A stretch of DNA of 32,000 bases, taken from the NCBI RefSeq assembly GCF_000734015.1, contig NZ_CP008796.1, positions 1,020,001-1,052,000 of the forward strand, written 5' to 3'. A program made the position numbers and the translations under genes. Positions 1 to 10,073 of this stretch are shown here, piece after piece. The DNA comes from Thermodesulfobacterium commune DSM 2178. GTDB lineage: Bacteria > Desulfobacterota > Thermodesulfobacteria > Thermodesulfobacteriales > Thermodesulfobacteriaceae. The number at the start of each line of letters is the position of its first letter. Position 1 is the first letter of the stretch. The notes below the pieces were generated by a model. It ran no database searches and was not told the origin of the DNA. It worked only from the letters and a program-made list of their open reading frames with translations.

Positions 1-1221
1 CATGCCTTGAATGATCTTACCAGGTAAAGCCCCTACATAGGTTCTTCTATGTCCTCTGATCTCTGCTTCATCCCTTACACCACCTAACGATATCCTTACA
101 AACCTTCTTCCTATAGCCTCAGCTATAGACTTAGCTAACGAGGTTTTTCCAACTCCAGGAGGTCCTACAAAACAAAGAATAGGCCCTTTGATGGACTTGG
201 TAAGCTTTTGCACTGCAAGATGCTCTATAATCCTCTGTTTAGGCTTCTCTAATCCATAATGATTTTTGTTAAGTAAAAATTCTACCTTTTCTAAATCTAT
301 GTTATCTTTAGTTTTTTCATACCAAGGAAGGCTTAACAACCAGTCTATATAGTTTCTAACTACCGTAGCCTCCGCAGACATCGGAGACATCATAGAAAGT
401 TTGTTAAATTCTTTCCTTACTATCGCAGCTACTTCCTTAGGTAATTTTTTCTTTTTGATACGCTTTTCTAACTCGGCAAGATCCTTTCTTCCATCCTCCC
501 GTTCTCCAAGTTCTTTCTGGATGGCTTTCATCTGTTCCTGGAGATAATAGTCTCTCTGGGTCTTTTCCATCTGCTTCTTGACCCTTTCTCTGATACGAGC
601 CTCAGTTTTTATAACTTCTATCTCACCTCTTAGATAGTTAAGCAAAATTTCTAAACGTTTTTTAACGCTGATTGTCTCAAGAAGCTTTTGTTTCTGTTCT
701 AATTTAAGGTTTAAAATAGCAGCTAAACGGTCGCTAAACTCTGCTATATCTTCAATTTCTAAAAGATTAGAAACTGCATCTAAATTAAGTTTTTTGTTAT
801 AATTAGAATATTCTTCTAAGGATTCTTTGCAAAGCTTAAAAAGAGCTATACTTTCTACGTCATTCTCTAATAACTCTGTCTTAGGTTCAACCTCAACCAT
901 AAAAAAGTCTACATTCTCAAGAAACCTTATAATCCTTCCTCTACTAAGACCTTCTACCAAGATCTTTAAAGTACCATCAGGAAGTTTAAGAAGCTGCAAA
1001 ATACGGCAGATGGTTCCTACTTTATAGATTTCCTCTTCTGTAGGATTGTCTATTTTAGCGTCTTTCTGAGCAGAAAGAAAAATAATTTTATCACCTGCAT
1101 AAGCTTTTTCTATGGCAAGTATACTTTTAGCCCTCCCAATAAAAAGAGGTACTACTGTATTGGGAAAAATTACTATCTCCCTTAATGGGAGTAAAGGTAA
1201 AGTTTTTAGTTGAGTTTCCAT
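1..1221 (-). CDS. lon: ATP-dependent Lon protease, N-terminal 407 codons; the rest of the gene lies beyond the left edge
   Basis: Open minus-strand frame with no stop in the window, so it is absent from the ORF track. Hand translation from the ATG at 1221 gives [27 protein letters not shown] (Lon N domain). Walker [21 protein letters not shown] lies near 100-200. The frame ends [15 protein letters not shown] at base 1, and 1221 nt is exactly 407 codons. Confidence 0.9.
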   Translation of the reverse strand, partial: METQLKTLPLLPLREIVIFPNTVVPLFIGRAKSILAIEKAYAGDKIIFLSAQKDAKIDNPTEEEIYKVGTICRILQLLKLPDGTLKILVEGLSRGRIIRFLENVDFFMVEVEPKTELLENDVESIALFKLCKESLEEYSNYNKKLNLDAVSNLLEIEDIAEFSDRLAAILNLKLEQKQKLLETISVKKRLEILLNYLRGEIEVIKTEARIRERVKKQMEKTQRDYYLQEQMKAIQKELGEREDGRKDLAELEKRIKKKKLPKEVAAIVRKEFNKLSMMSPMSAEATVVRNYIDWLLSLPWYEKTKDNIDLEKVEFLLNKNHYGLEKPKQRIIEHLAVQKLTKSIKGPILCFVGPPGVGKTSLAKSIAEAIGRRFVRISLGGVRDEAEIRGHRRTYVGALPGKIIQGM

Positions 1222-1229
1222 AAGGTTAC

Positions 1230-2483
1230 CTACCCCTCCTTTATCTTTTTTCTATTAAAAATTAAGATGGGTCTTTCCTTTTTCAAGACCACCTCTTCAG
1301 TAACCACACACTCTTTTACATCTCCTAAGGAGGGGAGTTCATACATTACGTCCATCATCACCTCTTCTATAATAGCCCTAAGTCCTCTAGCTCCAGTTTT
1401 TCTTTTATAAGCCTCTTCTGCTACCAACCTCAAGGCTCCCTCAGTAAACTTAAGTTCAACCCCTTCTATCTCAAAAAGTTTTTGATATTGTTTAACAATC
1501 GAATTTTTAGGTTCTACTAAAATTCTAACCAAGTCATCCACAGAAAGCTCATCCAAAGTAGCAATTACCGGTATCCTACCTACAAACTCAGGGATAAAAC
1601 CAAACTTGATAAGGTCTTCTGGTTGGACTTGAGAAAGTATCTCTCCTAAAGTTAAATCTTTAACACTTTTTACCTCTGCCCCAAAACCTATAGAACCTTT
1701 ACCTATCCTTTTTTTGATGATGTCTTCCAAACCTACAAAGGCTCCACCACATATAAAAAGAATGTTGGTGGTGTCCATTCTGATGTATTCTTGTTGAGGA
1801 TGCTTTCTACCACCCTTAGGAGGAATATTAGCCAAAGTACCTTCTAAAATCTTAAGTAAAGCTTGTTGTACCCCTTCTCCTGAAACATCTCTTGTAATCG
1901 AGGGTCCTTCACTTTTTTTTGCGATCTTATCTATCTCGTCTATGTAAACAATCCCTCTTTGAGCCAACTCAAGGTCATAGTTAGCTGCTTGTAAAAGATA
2001 AAGTAGAATATTTTCTACATCCTCTCCTACATAACCTGCTTCGGTCAAAGGAGTAGCATCGGCTATCGTAAAAGGTACCCTCAAAAACTTAGCCAATGTT
2101 TGAGCCATAAGGGTTTTACCAGAACCAGTAGGCCCTATCAAAAAAATGTTGGTTTTCTGGATTTCTACGTCTTTGAATTTATGTTTAAAGTTTTTCTCAT
2201 ATTCTATTCTCTTATAATGGTTATAGACTGCTACCGAAAGGATCTTTTTTGCTCTCTCTTGTCCTACTACATACTGGTCTAAATAAGCCTTAATTTCTGA
2301 AGGTTTAGGAAGGACACTGTCTTCTTTAAGGTTTATCCGCTCATATTCCTCTTCTAAAATTTCATTGCACAGTTCTACACATTCATTACAAATATAAGCT
2401 GAAGACCCTGCAATCAACTTGCGAACTTCAGACTGTGGTTTCCCACAAAAAGAACACCTAAGTTCATGGTCTTTTGACCCCAT
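1230..2483 (-). CDS. clpX: ATP-dependent Clp protease ATP-binding subunit ClpX
   Basis: 417 aa. N-terminal zinc-binding domain CSFCGK...CNEC, Walker [12 protein letters not shown]-type loop (GSIGFGA). Follows clpP by 6 nt. Confidence 0.97.
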   Translation of the reverse strand: MGSKDHELRCSFCGKPQSEVRKLIAGSSAYICNECVELCNEILEEEYERINLKEDSVLPKPSEIKAYLDQYVVGQERAKKILSVAVYNHYKRIEYEKNFKHKFKDVEIQKTNIFLIGPTGSGKTLMAQTLAKFLRVPFTIADATPLTEAGYVGEDVENILLYLLQAANYDLELAQRGIVYIDEIDKIAKKSEGPSITRDVSGEGVQQALLKILEGTLANIPPKGGRKHPQQEYIRMDTTNILFICGGAFVGLEDIIKKRIGKGSIGFGAEVKSVKDLTLGEILSQVQPEDLIKFGFIPEFVGRIPVIATLDELSVDDLVRILVEPKNSIVKQYQKLFEIEGVELKFTEGALRLVAEEAYKRKTGARGLRAIIEEVMMDVMYELPSLGDVKECVVTEEVVLKKERPILIFNRKKIKEG

Positions 2484-2489
2484 TCTTAC

Positions 2490-3080
2490 CTACCCCGTTC
2501 TTTTATTTAAAATATTATCTATTACTCCATATTCAAGAGCTTCTTGCGGAGACATATAAAAATCTCTTTCTGTATCTTGCTTGATTTTGTCTTTAGATTG
2601 GCCGGTATGCTGGGCTAAAATTTCGTTCAGCATTTCCCTTAATCTAAGAATCTCTTTGGCTTGTATTTCTACATCAGTTGCCTGTCCTTGAAAAGCCCCA
2701 ATAGGTTGATGAAGCATAATTCTTGAATGTGGAAGGGCATAACGTTTACCTTTTGCTCCTGCTGCCAAAAGCACAGCTGCCATGCTTGCAGCTTGACCTA
2801 CACAGATAGTACAAACATCCGGCTTTATGTACTGCATAGTATCATAAATTGCAAGGCCTGCGGTAACCAGCCCCCCTGGAGAGTTTATGTAAAGCATAAT
2901 GTCTTTATCAGGGTCCTCTGCCTCTAAAAAAAGAAGTTGAGCTATAACTAGGTTAGCTACCTGTTCATCTATAGCTGTCCCTAAAAAGATAATTCTCTCT
3001 TTAAGTAGACGAGAGTAAATATCATATGCTCTTTCCCCTCTCCCTGTCTGTTCCACCACTATGGGGATATAGTAACTCAT
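2490..3080 (-). CDS. clpP: ATP-dependent Clp protease proteolytic subunit ClpP
   Basis: 196 aa. Canonical motifs [19 protein letters not shown] (active-site Ser) and MLHQP (His). Confidence 0.97.
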   Translation of the reverse strand: MSYYIPIVVEQTGRGERAYDIYSRLLKERIIFLGTAIDEQVANLVIAQLLFLEAEDPDKDIMLYINSPGGLVTAGLAIYDTMQYIKPDVCTICVGQAASMAAVLLAAGAKGKRYALPHSRIMLHQPIGAFQGQATDVEIQAKEILRLREMLNEILAQHTGQSKDKIKQDTERDFYMSPQEALEYGVIDNILNKRTG

Positions 3081-3082
3081 GC

Positions 3083-4369
3083 TTATCTCTCCTTCTCAAT
3101 CACTTTGGCATTTTCTATCAAAAAGTTTAAAGTTTTCTCTGCTAATTTTTTAGGCAAAATGTTAAAAAAGACGATATTTCTTGCCTCTTCTATAGAAATT
3201 TTCAACCCTTGAGAAATAGCCTCTACTGTTTTATCTATTTCTTCCTGAGGTATTTCAATGTTTTCTATCTCTGCAATCTTTTCAAGAAGTAATTCTTCCT
3301 TAGCCTGTCTCTCTGCTATAGGTTGCAATTTTTCTTTTAATTTTTCTATAGAAATATTTAAAGTCTCAAAACTAAAACCATCTCTTTCTAAACTTTCTTT
3401 AATCTGTTCTATCAATTGATAAAGTTTTAATTCTACATACCTTGTAGGAACTTTTATGTCCACTTTTTCAAGGATCTTTCCTAATACTATCTCTTTAACT
3501 GCATTTTCATTTTTTCTCTTTTTTTCCTCTAATAATCTTTTTCTAACCGCTTCTCTTAAGGCTTCAACAGTTTCGAACCCCATGTTAAGACTTTTTACAA
3601 ACTCATCGGTTAGTTCCTGCAACTCTCTTCTATAAATTTCTTTTACTTCTATCTCATATTTTACCTTTTTTCCAGCAAGAAGCGGGTTTAAACCTTCTGC
3701 AGGATACTCTACTTCTACACTAAACTTATCTCCTACTTTTTTTCCTAACAAAGCTTCTTCTACTTCTCTGTTAAACTCTCCAGTTCCTACGTCTACAAAT
3801 AGGGCTTCTGCCTGATGTCCCGGAATAAGTCCGTTTTCATCATAGGCTTCAAAACTTATTACAGCCACATCTCTCTCAATAATAGGTTCTTCATTCTCTA
3901 TTTTCTTAAGGTGGGCAAAAGAATATCTTAGTTCATCAAGCAACTTTTCTACCTCTTCATCCTTTACTTCATCTTTTTCTTTTTCTACCTCTAACCCGAG
4001 ATAATCTTCTTTTTTCAACTCAAACTCAGGCCTTATTTCTACCAACACAGAATATTGAAACTTTTCTCCCTCTTTAAGTTCTCCCAACTCTTCTACTCTT
4101 GGCCTTAAGAGAGGCTCTAGTTTAGCTTCTTTAATAGCTTCATAAAGAGTTTTTTCTATCAATTTATCTATCGCCTTTCCTTCTATCTCTTCTTTAAATA
4201 GCTTCTTTACCAAATACTCAGGCACCTTACCCTCTCTAAAACCTTTAACCTTAGCCTTTCTCTTTAATTCGTTGGTAACCTCTTTTATGGCTGATTGAAC
4301 GACCTCTTCCGGAACCTCAACCTTTAAAATTTTTTCGACTTCGCTTAAGTTCTCTACTTCTACCCTCAT
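3083..4369 (-). CDS. tig: trigger factor
   Basis: 428 aa. N-terminal ribosome-binding signature [11 protein letters not shown], central FKBP-like region, position directly upstream of clpP. Confidence 0.92.
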   Translation of the reverse strand: MRVEVENLSEVEKILKVEVPEEVVQSAIKEVTNELKRKAKVKGFREGKVPEYLVKKLFKEEIEGKAIDKLIEKTLYEAIKEAKLEPLLRPRVEELGELKEGEKFQYSVLVEIRPEFELKKEDYLGLEVEKEKDEVKDEEVEKLLDELRYSFAHLKKIENEEPIIERDVAVISFEAYDENGLIPGHQAEALFVDVGTGEFNREVEEALLGKKVGDKFSVEVEYPAEGLNPLLAGKKVKYEIEVKEIYRRELQELTDEFVKSLNMGFETVEALREAVRKRLLEEKKRKNENAVKEIVLGKILEKVDIKVPTRYVELKLYQLIEQIKESLERDGFSFETLNISIEKLKEKLQPIAERQAKEELLLEKIAEIENIEIPQEEIDKTVEAISQGLKISIEEARNIVFFNILPKKLAEKTLNFLIENAKVIEKER

Positions 4370-4424
4370 CTTTTTACCCCTTTCTAAAAATTTTTTACTT
4401 TTACCTTAACTTAATTTTTCATTT

Positions 4425-5879
4425 TTACAAGTTTAAATACTTTGACTTGATTAAGTTTAAGGCTTCCTCTTTGTTATGTATCTTTTTTTCTAAAAAAAGT
4501 AATTCTATCTCTTGCAAAATCTCTTTAAACATAGGTCCCGGTTTCAATCCTAAATTTATCAAATCTTGACCGGTAATAAGTCTTTTCTTTTGAGACATAT
4601 TTTCCATTTCAACTTTAAGTTCTTTAAGCTCAAAGAAGAAGGCCTTAAGTCTCTCTTCATAATCTGGCTCTTTATCTGGTCCTTGACTAGCATAAGAATC
4701 AGCCATAGACACCACGAAAAGCTCAAGCCAATATGGTACATCGGTTAAAAGATGCCTTTTGGCCCTTATAGTTAAATTTCCTTTTTCCTTTTCGTTTAAC
4801 AAATGAAAAGGCCTCATATGGTTTTTTATCAACACATAAGTTTTATGGAGTAACTCTTTTTTTAACCGATACTTTTCAAAACTCTCTTTAAAAAGCTCTG
4901 CTGAAACCTTTTCGTGACCATAAAAAGTTATCCTTTCTTCGTTTCTTCCAAACGTAAAAGCCTTACCCAAATCATGAAAAAGACTTGCTAATTTCACCGG
5001 TATTACCACTTCTTCTTTATTAAAATCCTCTGTTTTCTCTAAACCTAAGTAATCCTCAGGATTTTGTAATATTTTTTCAGCCCATTTAAGACTTTCTAAA
5101 AGATGGCCCCAAACGTCTAAATGATGAAAACTTGGTTGTGTTACCCCTTTTGTTTTCTCAAAAAACGGAAAAAGCTCTCCCAGGATCCCATCTTCATCCA
5201 TCAGCTTAAAAGTTTCATAACATCTATCTGAAAGAAGAATATAACTAAGCTCTTGTAAAATTCTCTCCTTTGCACAAAACAAAAGCTCCTTTTTATGAAG
5301 TTTAAAAATCTCTCTTGTCTCTTCTTCTATTTCCCCTATTCCTTGAGCAAAGAATCGATAACCCCTAAGAATTCTTAGAGGATCTTCGATTACGTTCACT
5401 TCCCCTATGATCTTTATCTTACCTGAAATAAGATGAGAATATCCATCAAAAGGATCTATCACCTTTAAACTTTCGGAAAAAAGAGAGCTTACAGGAATAG
5501 CCATCGCATTAAAAGTAAAGTCTCTGGCCCCAAGGTCCTCATCCAAAGTTTTTCCTCTAAAAAGAGTAAAATCCAAGCTGTTTTCTCCTTTAGCAACTCT
5601 GTAGATACCTAACTCTGGAGCTAAGGGGACTAAATTATATCCAAGATACTCTTTAGCAAAAAAAGCTAAAGCTTCTACCCCTTCCTTTACACATAAATCA
5701 AGGTCTAAAATTTTTCTACCTAAAAAAAAATCCCTTACTGCACCACCTACTATAAAAAAATCATCTCTGTTAGAAAATTTTCTTAAAAAAGAAATAAGGC
5801 GTTTCTTTTCTTCTTCAGAAAAGGCAAGAAGAGTTAGAAATTCAGCAATCTTTTCTTGACTTAAGGTTAGAACGTTCAT
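4425..5879 (-). CDS. cca: class II tRNA nucleotidyltransferase (CCA/CC-adding family) with C-terminal HD domain
   Basis: 484 aa. Motif A GGAVRDFFLGRKILDLDL, motif B RDFTFNAMA, EDPLRILRGYRF (motif D region), HD-domain residues HHLD...FHDLGK. Exact activity (CCA versus CC-adding) is uncertain; see findings. Confidence 0.8.
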   Translation of the reverse strand: MNVLTLSQEKIAEFLTLLAFSEEEKKRLISFLRKFSNRDDFFIVGGAVRDFFLGRKILDLDLCVKEGVEALAFFAKEYLGYNLVPLAPELGIYRVAKGENSLDFTLFRGKTLDEDLGARDFTFNAMAIPVSSLFSESLKVIDPFDGYSHLISGKIKIIGEVNVIEDPLRILRGYRFFAQGIGEIEEETREIFKLHKKELLFCAKERILQELSYILLSDRCYETFKLMDEDGILGELFPFFEKTKGVTQPSFHHLDVWGHLLESLKWAEKILQNPEDYLGLEKTEDFNKEEVVIPVKLASLFHDLGKAFTFGRNEERITFYGHEKVSAELFKESFEKYRLKKELLHKTYVLIKNHMRPFHLLNEKEKGNLTIRAKRHLLTDVPYWLELFVVSMADSYASQGPDKEPDYEERLKAFFFELKELKVEMENMSQKKRLITGQDLINLGLKPGPMFKEILQEIELLFLEKKIHNKEEALNLIKSKYLNL

Positions 5880-5886
5880 AAGAAGA

Positions 5887-5901
5887 CCCCCCGAAGGGGG
5901 G
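5887..5901 (-). terminator. GC hairpin CCCCCC-UUC-GGGGGG followed by UCUUCUU, 16 nt after the rplQ stop; candidate leaky intrinsic terminator or SD-sequestering stem
   Basis: Read directly: plus strand cccccc gaa gggggg at 5887-5901. The minus-strand transcript is CCCCCCUUCGGGGGGUCUUCUUAUG. The U tract is interrupted by C, so termination may be partial. Confidence 0.4.
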
Positions 5902-5917
5902 AAAGAAAGATATATGG

Positions 5918-6445
5918 TTAAGCTTGAATCTCTTGAGTCCCCTCAACCGAGCTATCTTCTTGAGCTGTTTTTTCGACGGTTGATTTTTCTTCTTGAGGTT
6001 TTACTTCATGTTGTTTTTTCTTCTTTTCTATAAATTCTAACACCTTTTTAAGCCTTTCTGCCTTCTTTTTACCAGATTTAGCAGAAACCTTCTCTTCTAC
6101 CAACTCCACCAATACCATCATGGAAGCATCGCCCCTTCTTGGGCCAATCTTAATAATTCTGGTATATCCACCTGGCCTGTCTAAAAATTTTGCTCTTAGA
6201 TCTTTAAAAAGTTTCCTTACCACTTCTTTGTCATTGATAAAACTCAACGCCCTTCTTCTCGCGGCAAGGTCTCCTTTCTTTGCCAAGGTTATCATTCGCT
6301 CTGCAACCCTTCTTAACTCCTTAGCTTTAGCTATAGTAGTAACAATCCTACCATGTTTTAGAAGGTCTCTTACCTGATTTCTCATAATCGCCCAATGATG
6401 TTCTGTATCTCTGCCTAATCTTCTACTAACTTTTCTATGCCTCAT
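5918..6445 (-). CDS. rplQ: 50S ribosomal protein L17 with a long charged C-terminal tail
   Basis: 175 aa. MRHRKVSRRLGRDTEHHWAIMRN and GGYTRIIKIGPRRGDASMMVLVELV are canonical L17. About 59 extra Lys/Glu-rich residues follow. Confidence 0.95.
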   Translation of the reverse strand: MRHRKVSRRLGRDTEHHWAIMRNQVRDLLKHGRIVTTIAKAKELRRVAERMITLAKKGDLAARRRALSFINDKEVVRKLFKDLRAKFLDRPGGYTRIIKIGPRRGDASMMVLVELVEEKVSAKSGKKKAERLKKVLEFIEKKKKQHEVKPQEEKSTVEKTAQEDSSVEGTQEIQA

Positions 6446-6464
6446 CTTCCCCTCTCCTTATTTT

Positions 6465-7430
6465 CTAATCTTTTGGAGGTTTCCACTTAAGGTCTGTCAT
6501 GCCAAGCTTTAGATTAAACCTGTTAAGTTTTTCTACTATTTCGTCTAAAGATTTCTTACCAAAACTTCTAAGCTTTAAAAGCTCAGATTCAGTCTTTTGT
6601 ACCAACTGGCCTATATAGTTTATGTTAGCAGCCTTCAAACAATTATATGCCCTGCCAGAAAGTTCAAGCTCCTCTATAGGAAGGTTTAAAATATTCTGAG
6701 TAGTACTAACATCCGCAGTGGTTGTCTCTAACCCTATTTTTTCCTCACCTAAAAATACCATAAACTGTTCTACTAAAATCTTAGCAGCCTTAACTAAAGC
6801 CTCTTTAGGATCTATAGTTCCGTCTGTATATATCTCTAATACTAAACTGTCATAATCACTGCTTTTCCCTACACGAGCCTGAGTAACCGTAAAATTTACC
6901 TTGGTAATCGGGGAAAACAAACCATCAACTAGGATAACCCCTATCTCATTATTTTTGTTATATTCTGCTGGAACGTACCCTCTACCTTTTTCTACCTTAA
7001 TCTCCATCACCAACTTACCATCTTTTGTTAAAGTTGCTATATGAGCATCAGGATTTACGATAATCCCTTTATCTTCAACCTGAATATCTCCTGCCTTTAC
7101 TTCACCCTCTCCTATCTTTTCGAGCTTAAAATAAAAAGGGCCATCTCCTTCAAGCTTAAACCTTACTCCCTTTAAATTTAGTATAATTTCTGTAACATCC
7201 TCAACTACTCCAGGCAAACTGGTAAACTCATGAGGAGCACCTTCTATCCTTACCTCAGTAATAGAATAACCAGGTATAGATGAAAGCAGAACCCTTCTTA
7301 AAGCGTTTCCCAAAGTAATGCCGTATCCTCTTTCTAAAGGCTCTATAATAAATTTCCCATAATAAGGAAACTGGCTATCCTTATGAACTTTAATCTCTTC
7401 AGGCTTAATAAGCTCTATTTCCCTCTTCAT
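6465..7430 (-). CDS. rpoA: DNA-directed RNA polymerase subunit alpha
   Basis: 321 aa. GYGITLGNALRRVLLSSIPG N-terminal domain. C-terminal domain ELELSGRAYNCLKAANINYIGQL with RSFGKKSLDEI. Confidence 0.97.
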   Translation of the reverse strand: MKREIELIKPEEIKVHKDSQFPYYGKFIIEPLERGYGITLGNALRRVLLSSIPGYSITEVRIEGAPHEFTSLPGVVEDVTEIILNLKGVRFKLEGDGPFYFKLEKIGEGEVKAGDIQVEDKGIIVNPDAHIATLTKDGKLVMEIKVEKGRGYVPAEYNKNNEIGVILVDGLFSPITKVNFTVTQARVGKSSDYDSLVLEIYTDGTIDPKEALVKAAKILVEQFMVFLGEEKIGLETTTADVSTTQNILNLPIEELELSGRAYNCLKAANINYIGQLVQKTESELLKLRSFGKKSLDEIVEKLNRFNLKLGMTDLKWKPPKD

Positions 7431-7489
7431 CGGTACTTTTACCTCTTTTTTTCTTTTTATAGTCTTAGTACTTTTTATAAACCTAAAAT

Positions 7490-8122
7490 TTACCTAGAGT
7501 AAAACTCAATTATATAGCTTTCCTGAATAGGCATAGTAATTTCTTCTCGAGTAGGCAGTCCCTTAACCACACCTTTAAAACCTTCAGCATCCAACTCAAG
7601 CCAAGAAGGAATACCTCTTCTGATCACTGTCTCTAAACTTTCTAAAATCTGAGGATTGTTTCTATACTTCTCTTTAAGCTCAATCACATCTCCTGGCTTT
7701 ACCAGATAAGAGGGAATATCCACATTTTTTCCGTTAACCTTAAAAAATCCGTGATTAACATACTGTCTTGCCTGACTTCTTGAAGATGCAAATCCTAAAC
7801 GATAGACTACATTATCCAACCTTCTCTCTAACAACTGAAGCAGATTGTGACCCGCCTGACCAGGCATTTTAGTTGCCTTTTCATAATACATCCTCATCTG
7901 CTTTTCAGAAATTCCGTAAATTCTCTTCACTTTTTGTTTCTCCCTTAACCGGATTCCATAGTCTGAAAGTTTTACCCTTACTTGCTGAGGTCCATGTTGT
8001 CCAGGAGGATAACTTCTTCTTTCAAAAGCACATTTATCTGTATAACATCTATCTCCTTTTAAAAAAAGCTTCATACCTTCTCTTCTACAAAGTCTGCATC
8101 TTGGTCCAGTATATCTAGCCAC
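7490..8122 (-). CDS. rpsD: 30S ribosomal protein S4
   Basis: 210 aa. [15 protein letters not shown]...CYTDKC four-Cys N-terminus. GTG start (plus-strand cac at 8120-8122) 9 nt after AAGGAGG. Confidence 0.96.
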   Translation of the reverse strand: MARYTGPRCRLCRREGMKLFLKGDRCYTDKCAFERRSYPPGQHGPQQVRVKLSDYGIRLREKQKVKRIYGISEKQMRMYYEKATKMPGQAGHNLLQLLERRLDNVVYRLGFASSRSQARQYVNHGFFKVNGKNVDIPSYLVKPGDVIELKEKYRNNPQILESLETVIRRGIPSWLELDAEGFKGVVKGLPTREEITMPIQESYIIEFYSR

Positions 8123-8158
8123 TTTATCTAACCTCCTTAACTTTCTTTTTTTATGTTC

Positions 8159-8539
8159 TTAAACCCTTCTTCTCTTAGGTGGACGACACCCATCATGAGG
8201 TATAGGAGTAACGTCTTTTATAAGAGTTACTTTAAGCCCAGATCCTTGTAGAGCCCTTAAAGCAGCCTCTCTTCCTGGACCAGGACCCTTTACATACACC
8301 CAAACCTCTTTCAAACCATATGGTTGAACCTTTTTTAAGGCTGATTGCATAGCCAATTGGGCAGCAAAAGGCGTACCCTTTCTTGTTCCTTTAAAGCCTT
8401 CAGTTCCACCACTTGCCCAAGCAAGGACATTTCCCTGTCTGTCTGTTATTGTGATAATGGTGTTATTGAAAGTAGAATGAATATGAATTATGCCTTCCGT
8501 GACAGATTTTTTAATTTTTTTCTTTTTAGGTTTAGCCAC
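8159..8539 (-). CDS. rpsK: 30S ribosomal protein S11
   Basis: 126 aa. [18 protein letters not shown] and [19 protein letters not shown] start. Confidence 0.96.
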   Translation of the reverse strand: MAKPKKKKIKKSVTEGIIHIHSTFNNTIITITDRQGNVLAWASGGTEGFKGTRKGTPFAAQLAMQSALKKVQPYGLKEVWVYVKGPGPGREAALRALQGSGLKVTLIKDVTPIPHDGCRPPKRRRV

Positions 8540-8552
8540 CTTCTACCCCTCC

Positions 8553-8924
8553 TTATTTCTTCTTCTTTCTTAAAGATCCTGGTCTAGGACCTTTTCTTGT
8601 CCTGGCATTTGACCTTGTTCTTTGTCCCCTTACAGGGAGACCCATCTTATGTCTCAACCCTCTATAACAACCTATTGCCATAAGTCTCTGAATGTTCTGT
8701 CTGACCTCTTTTCTCAGATCTCCTTCTACCACATATTCCTTTTCAATAATCTGTCTTAAACGATTAATTTCTTCTTCAGAAAGATCCTTTACTTTTCTAA
8801 ACCAGTCTATCCCCGCTTTAGCACAAGCTTTTTGAGCTAAAGTTCTTCCTACACCATAAATATACGTAAGTGCAATCTCTACAGGCTTGTTTTCTGGAAT
8901 ATCAACTCCAGCAATTTTGGGCAT
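8553..8924 (-). CDS. rpsM: 30S ribosomal protein S13
   Basis: 123 aa. [25 protein letters not shown] and [24 protein letters not shown]. Confidence 0.96.
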   Translation of the reverse strand: MPKIAGVDIPENKPVEIALTYIYGVGRTLAQKACAKAGIDWFRKVKDLSEEEINRLRQIIEKEYVVEGDLRKEVRQNIQRLMAIGCYRGLRHKMGLPVRGQRTRSNARTRKGPRPGSLRKKKK

Positions 8925-8935
8925 AATCTTTCCTC

Positions 8936-9049
8936 CTAACCTTGCCTTTGTTTATGCTTGGGTATTTCACAAATTACCCTAACTACACCTTTTCTCCTTA
9001 CAATCTTACATTTTCTACATCTTTTTTTAACAGAAGGACTAACCTTCAT
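8936..9049 (-). CDS. rpmJ: 50S ribosomal protein L36 (zinc-binding form)
   Basis: Not in the ORF track because it is under 60 aa. Hand translation from the ATG at 9049 gives [37 protein letters not shown], with stop TAG at 8936-8938. Lies in the canonical slot between infA and rpsM. Confidence 0.93.
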   Translation of the reverse strand: MKVSPSVKKRCRKCKIVRRKGVVRVICEIPKHKQRQG

Positions 9050-9054
9050 AAATA

Positions 9055-9294
9055 CTAACCTCCTTTATAATCTTTTAAACTTCCTCTATAGACTATCCTA
9101 CCTCTAGTCAAATCATAAGGAGATAACTCCACTACCACTGTATCTCCAGGTAAAATTCTAATATAATGCATCCTCATCTTTCCAGAAATATGAGCCAGAA
9201 CTTTATTACCTGTTTCTAACTCAACCCTAAACATAGCATTAGGAAGAGGTTCTATTACCTTTCCTTCTAAAAGGATTACGTCATCTTTTGGCAT
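9055..9294 (-). CDS. infA: translation initiation factor IF-1
   Basis: 79 aa. [33 protein letters not shown] and [12 protein letters not shown]. Confidence 0.96.
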   Translation of the reverse strand: MPKDDVILLEGKVIEPLPNAMFRVELETGNKVLAHISGKMRMHYIRILPGDTVVVELSPYDLTRGRIVYRGSLKDYKGG

Positions 9295-9297
9295 AAC

Positions 9298-10071
9298 TTA
9301 CACCCTTGATAAAATTTCTGGTCCCTTAGGAGTTATAGCTATTGAATGCTCAAAATGGGCTGCCAAACTTCTGTCTTTAGTTACCGCAGTCCAACCATCC
9401 ACTAAAATCTCTACTCTAGGATCTCCTGCAGAGACCATAGGCTCTATCGCTAAAACCATACCTATCTCAATTTTTGGCCCCCTTCCTGGCCTTCCCCAAT
9501 TAGGGACCTCTGGAGGCTCATGCAAACTTCTTCCTACTCCATGCCCTACAAACTCTTTTATAACATTAAACCCATGCTTTTCTACATGGGATTGAATAGC
9601 AAAAGAGATGTCTCCTATTTTATTACCAAAATAAGCTTTTTCAATACCCTTATAAAGGGCTTCTTCTGTAACCTTCATCAACCTTTCTGCTTTTTCTGAA
9701 ATCTTCCCTACACCAACAGTCAAAGCAGCATCCCCTACATAACCTTCATAAACTACACCAAAATCAAAACTCACCAAATCTCCTTCCTTTAAAACCTTTT
9801 CTTTCTTAGGCATACCATGTACTATCTCTTCGTTTATAGATACACAAAGGGCATAAGGATACCCCCTATACCCTTTAAAAGCCGGTTTTACTCCTTTCTT
9901 TTCACAAAGACTTAAAGCTAACTCCTCAAACTCCCAAGCACTAACTCCAGGCTTTACTTCCTCTTTCAGCCTAAGAAGAATCTCCATTACTATAGCATTA
10001 GCTTTACGTAAAATTTCTATCTCTGCCTGAGTCTTAAGTATCGCTCGTTTTTTAAAATAAGAATTATACAA
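9298..10071 (-). CDS. map: type I methionine aminopeptidase
   Basis: 257 aa. Metal-ligand context VHGMP, DFGVVYEGYVGD, GHGVGRSLHE, LAIEPM, AHFEHS. The ORF opens with TTG (plus-strand caa at 10069-10071) 2 nt after the adk stop; this start call is moderately certain. Confidence 0.93.
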   Translation of the reverse strand: MYNSYFKKRAILKTQAEIEILRKANAIVMEILLRLKEEVKPGVSAWEFEELALSLCEKKGVKPAFKGYRGYPYALCVSINEEIVHGMPKKEKVLKEGDLVSFDFGVVYEGYVGDAALTVGVGKISEKAERLMKVTEEALYKGIEKAYFGNKIGDISFAIQSHVEKHGFNVIKEFVGHGVGRSLHEPPEVPNWGRPGRGPKIEIGMVLAIEPMVSAGDPRVEILVDGWTAVTKDRSLAAHFEHSIAITPKGPEILSRV

Positions 10072-10073
10072 CT

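Noticed and set aside
827-1410. Plus-strand 66-aa ORFs (827-1027, 1210-1410) antisense to lon and clpX
   Set aside because: They are embedded in conserved protease genes on the other strand and have no independent support.
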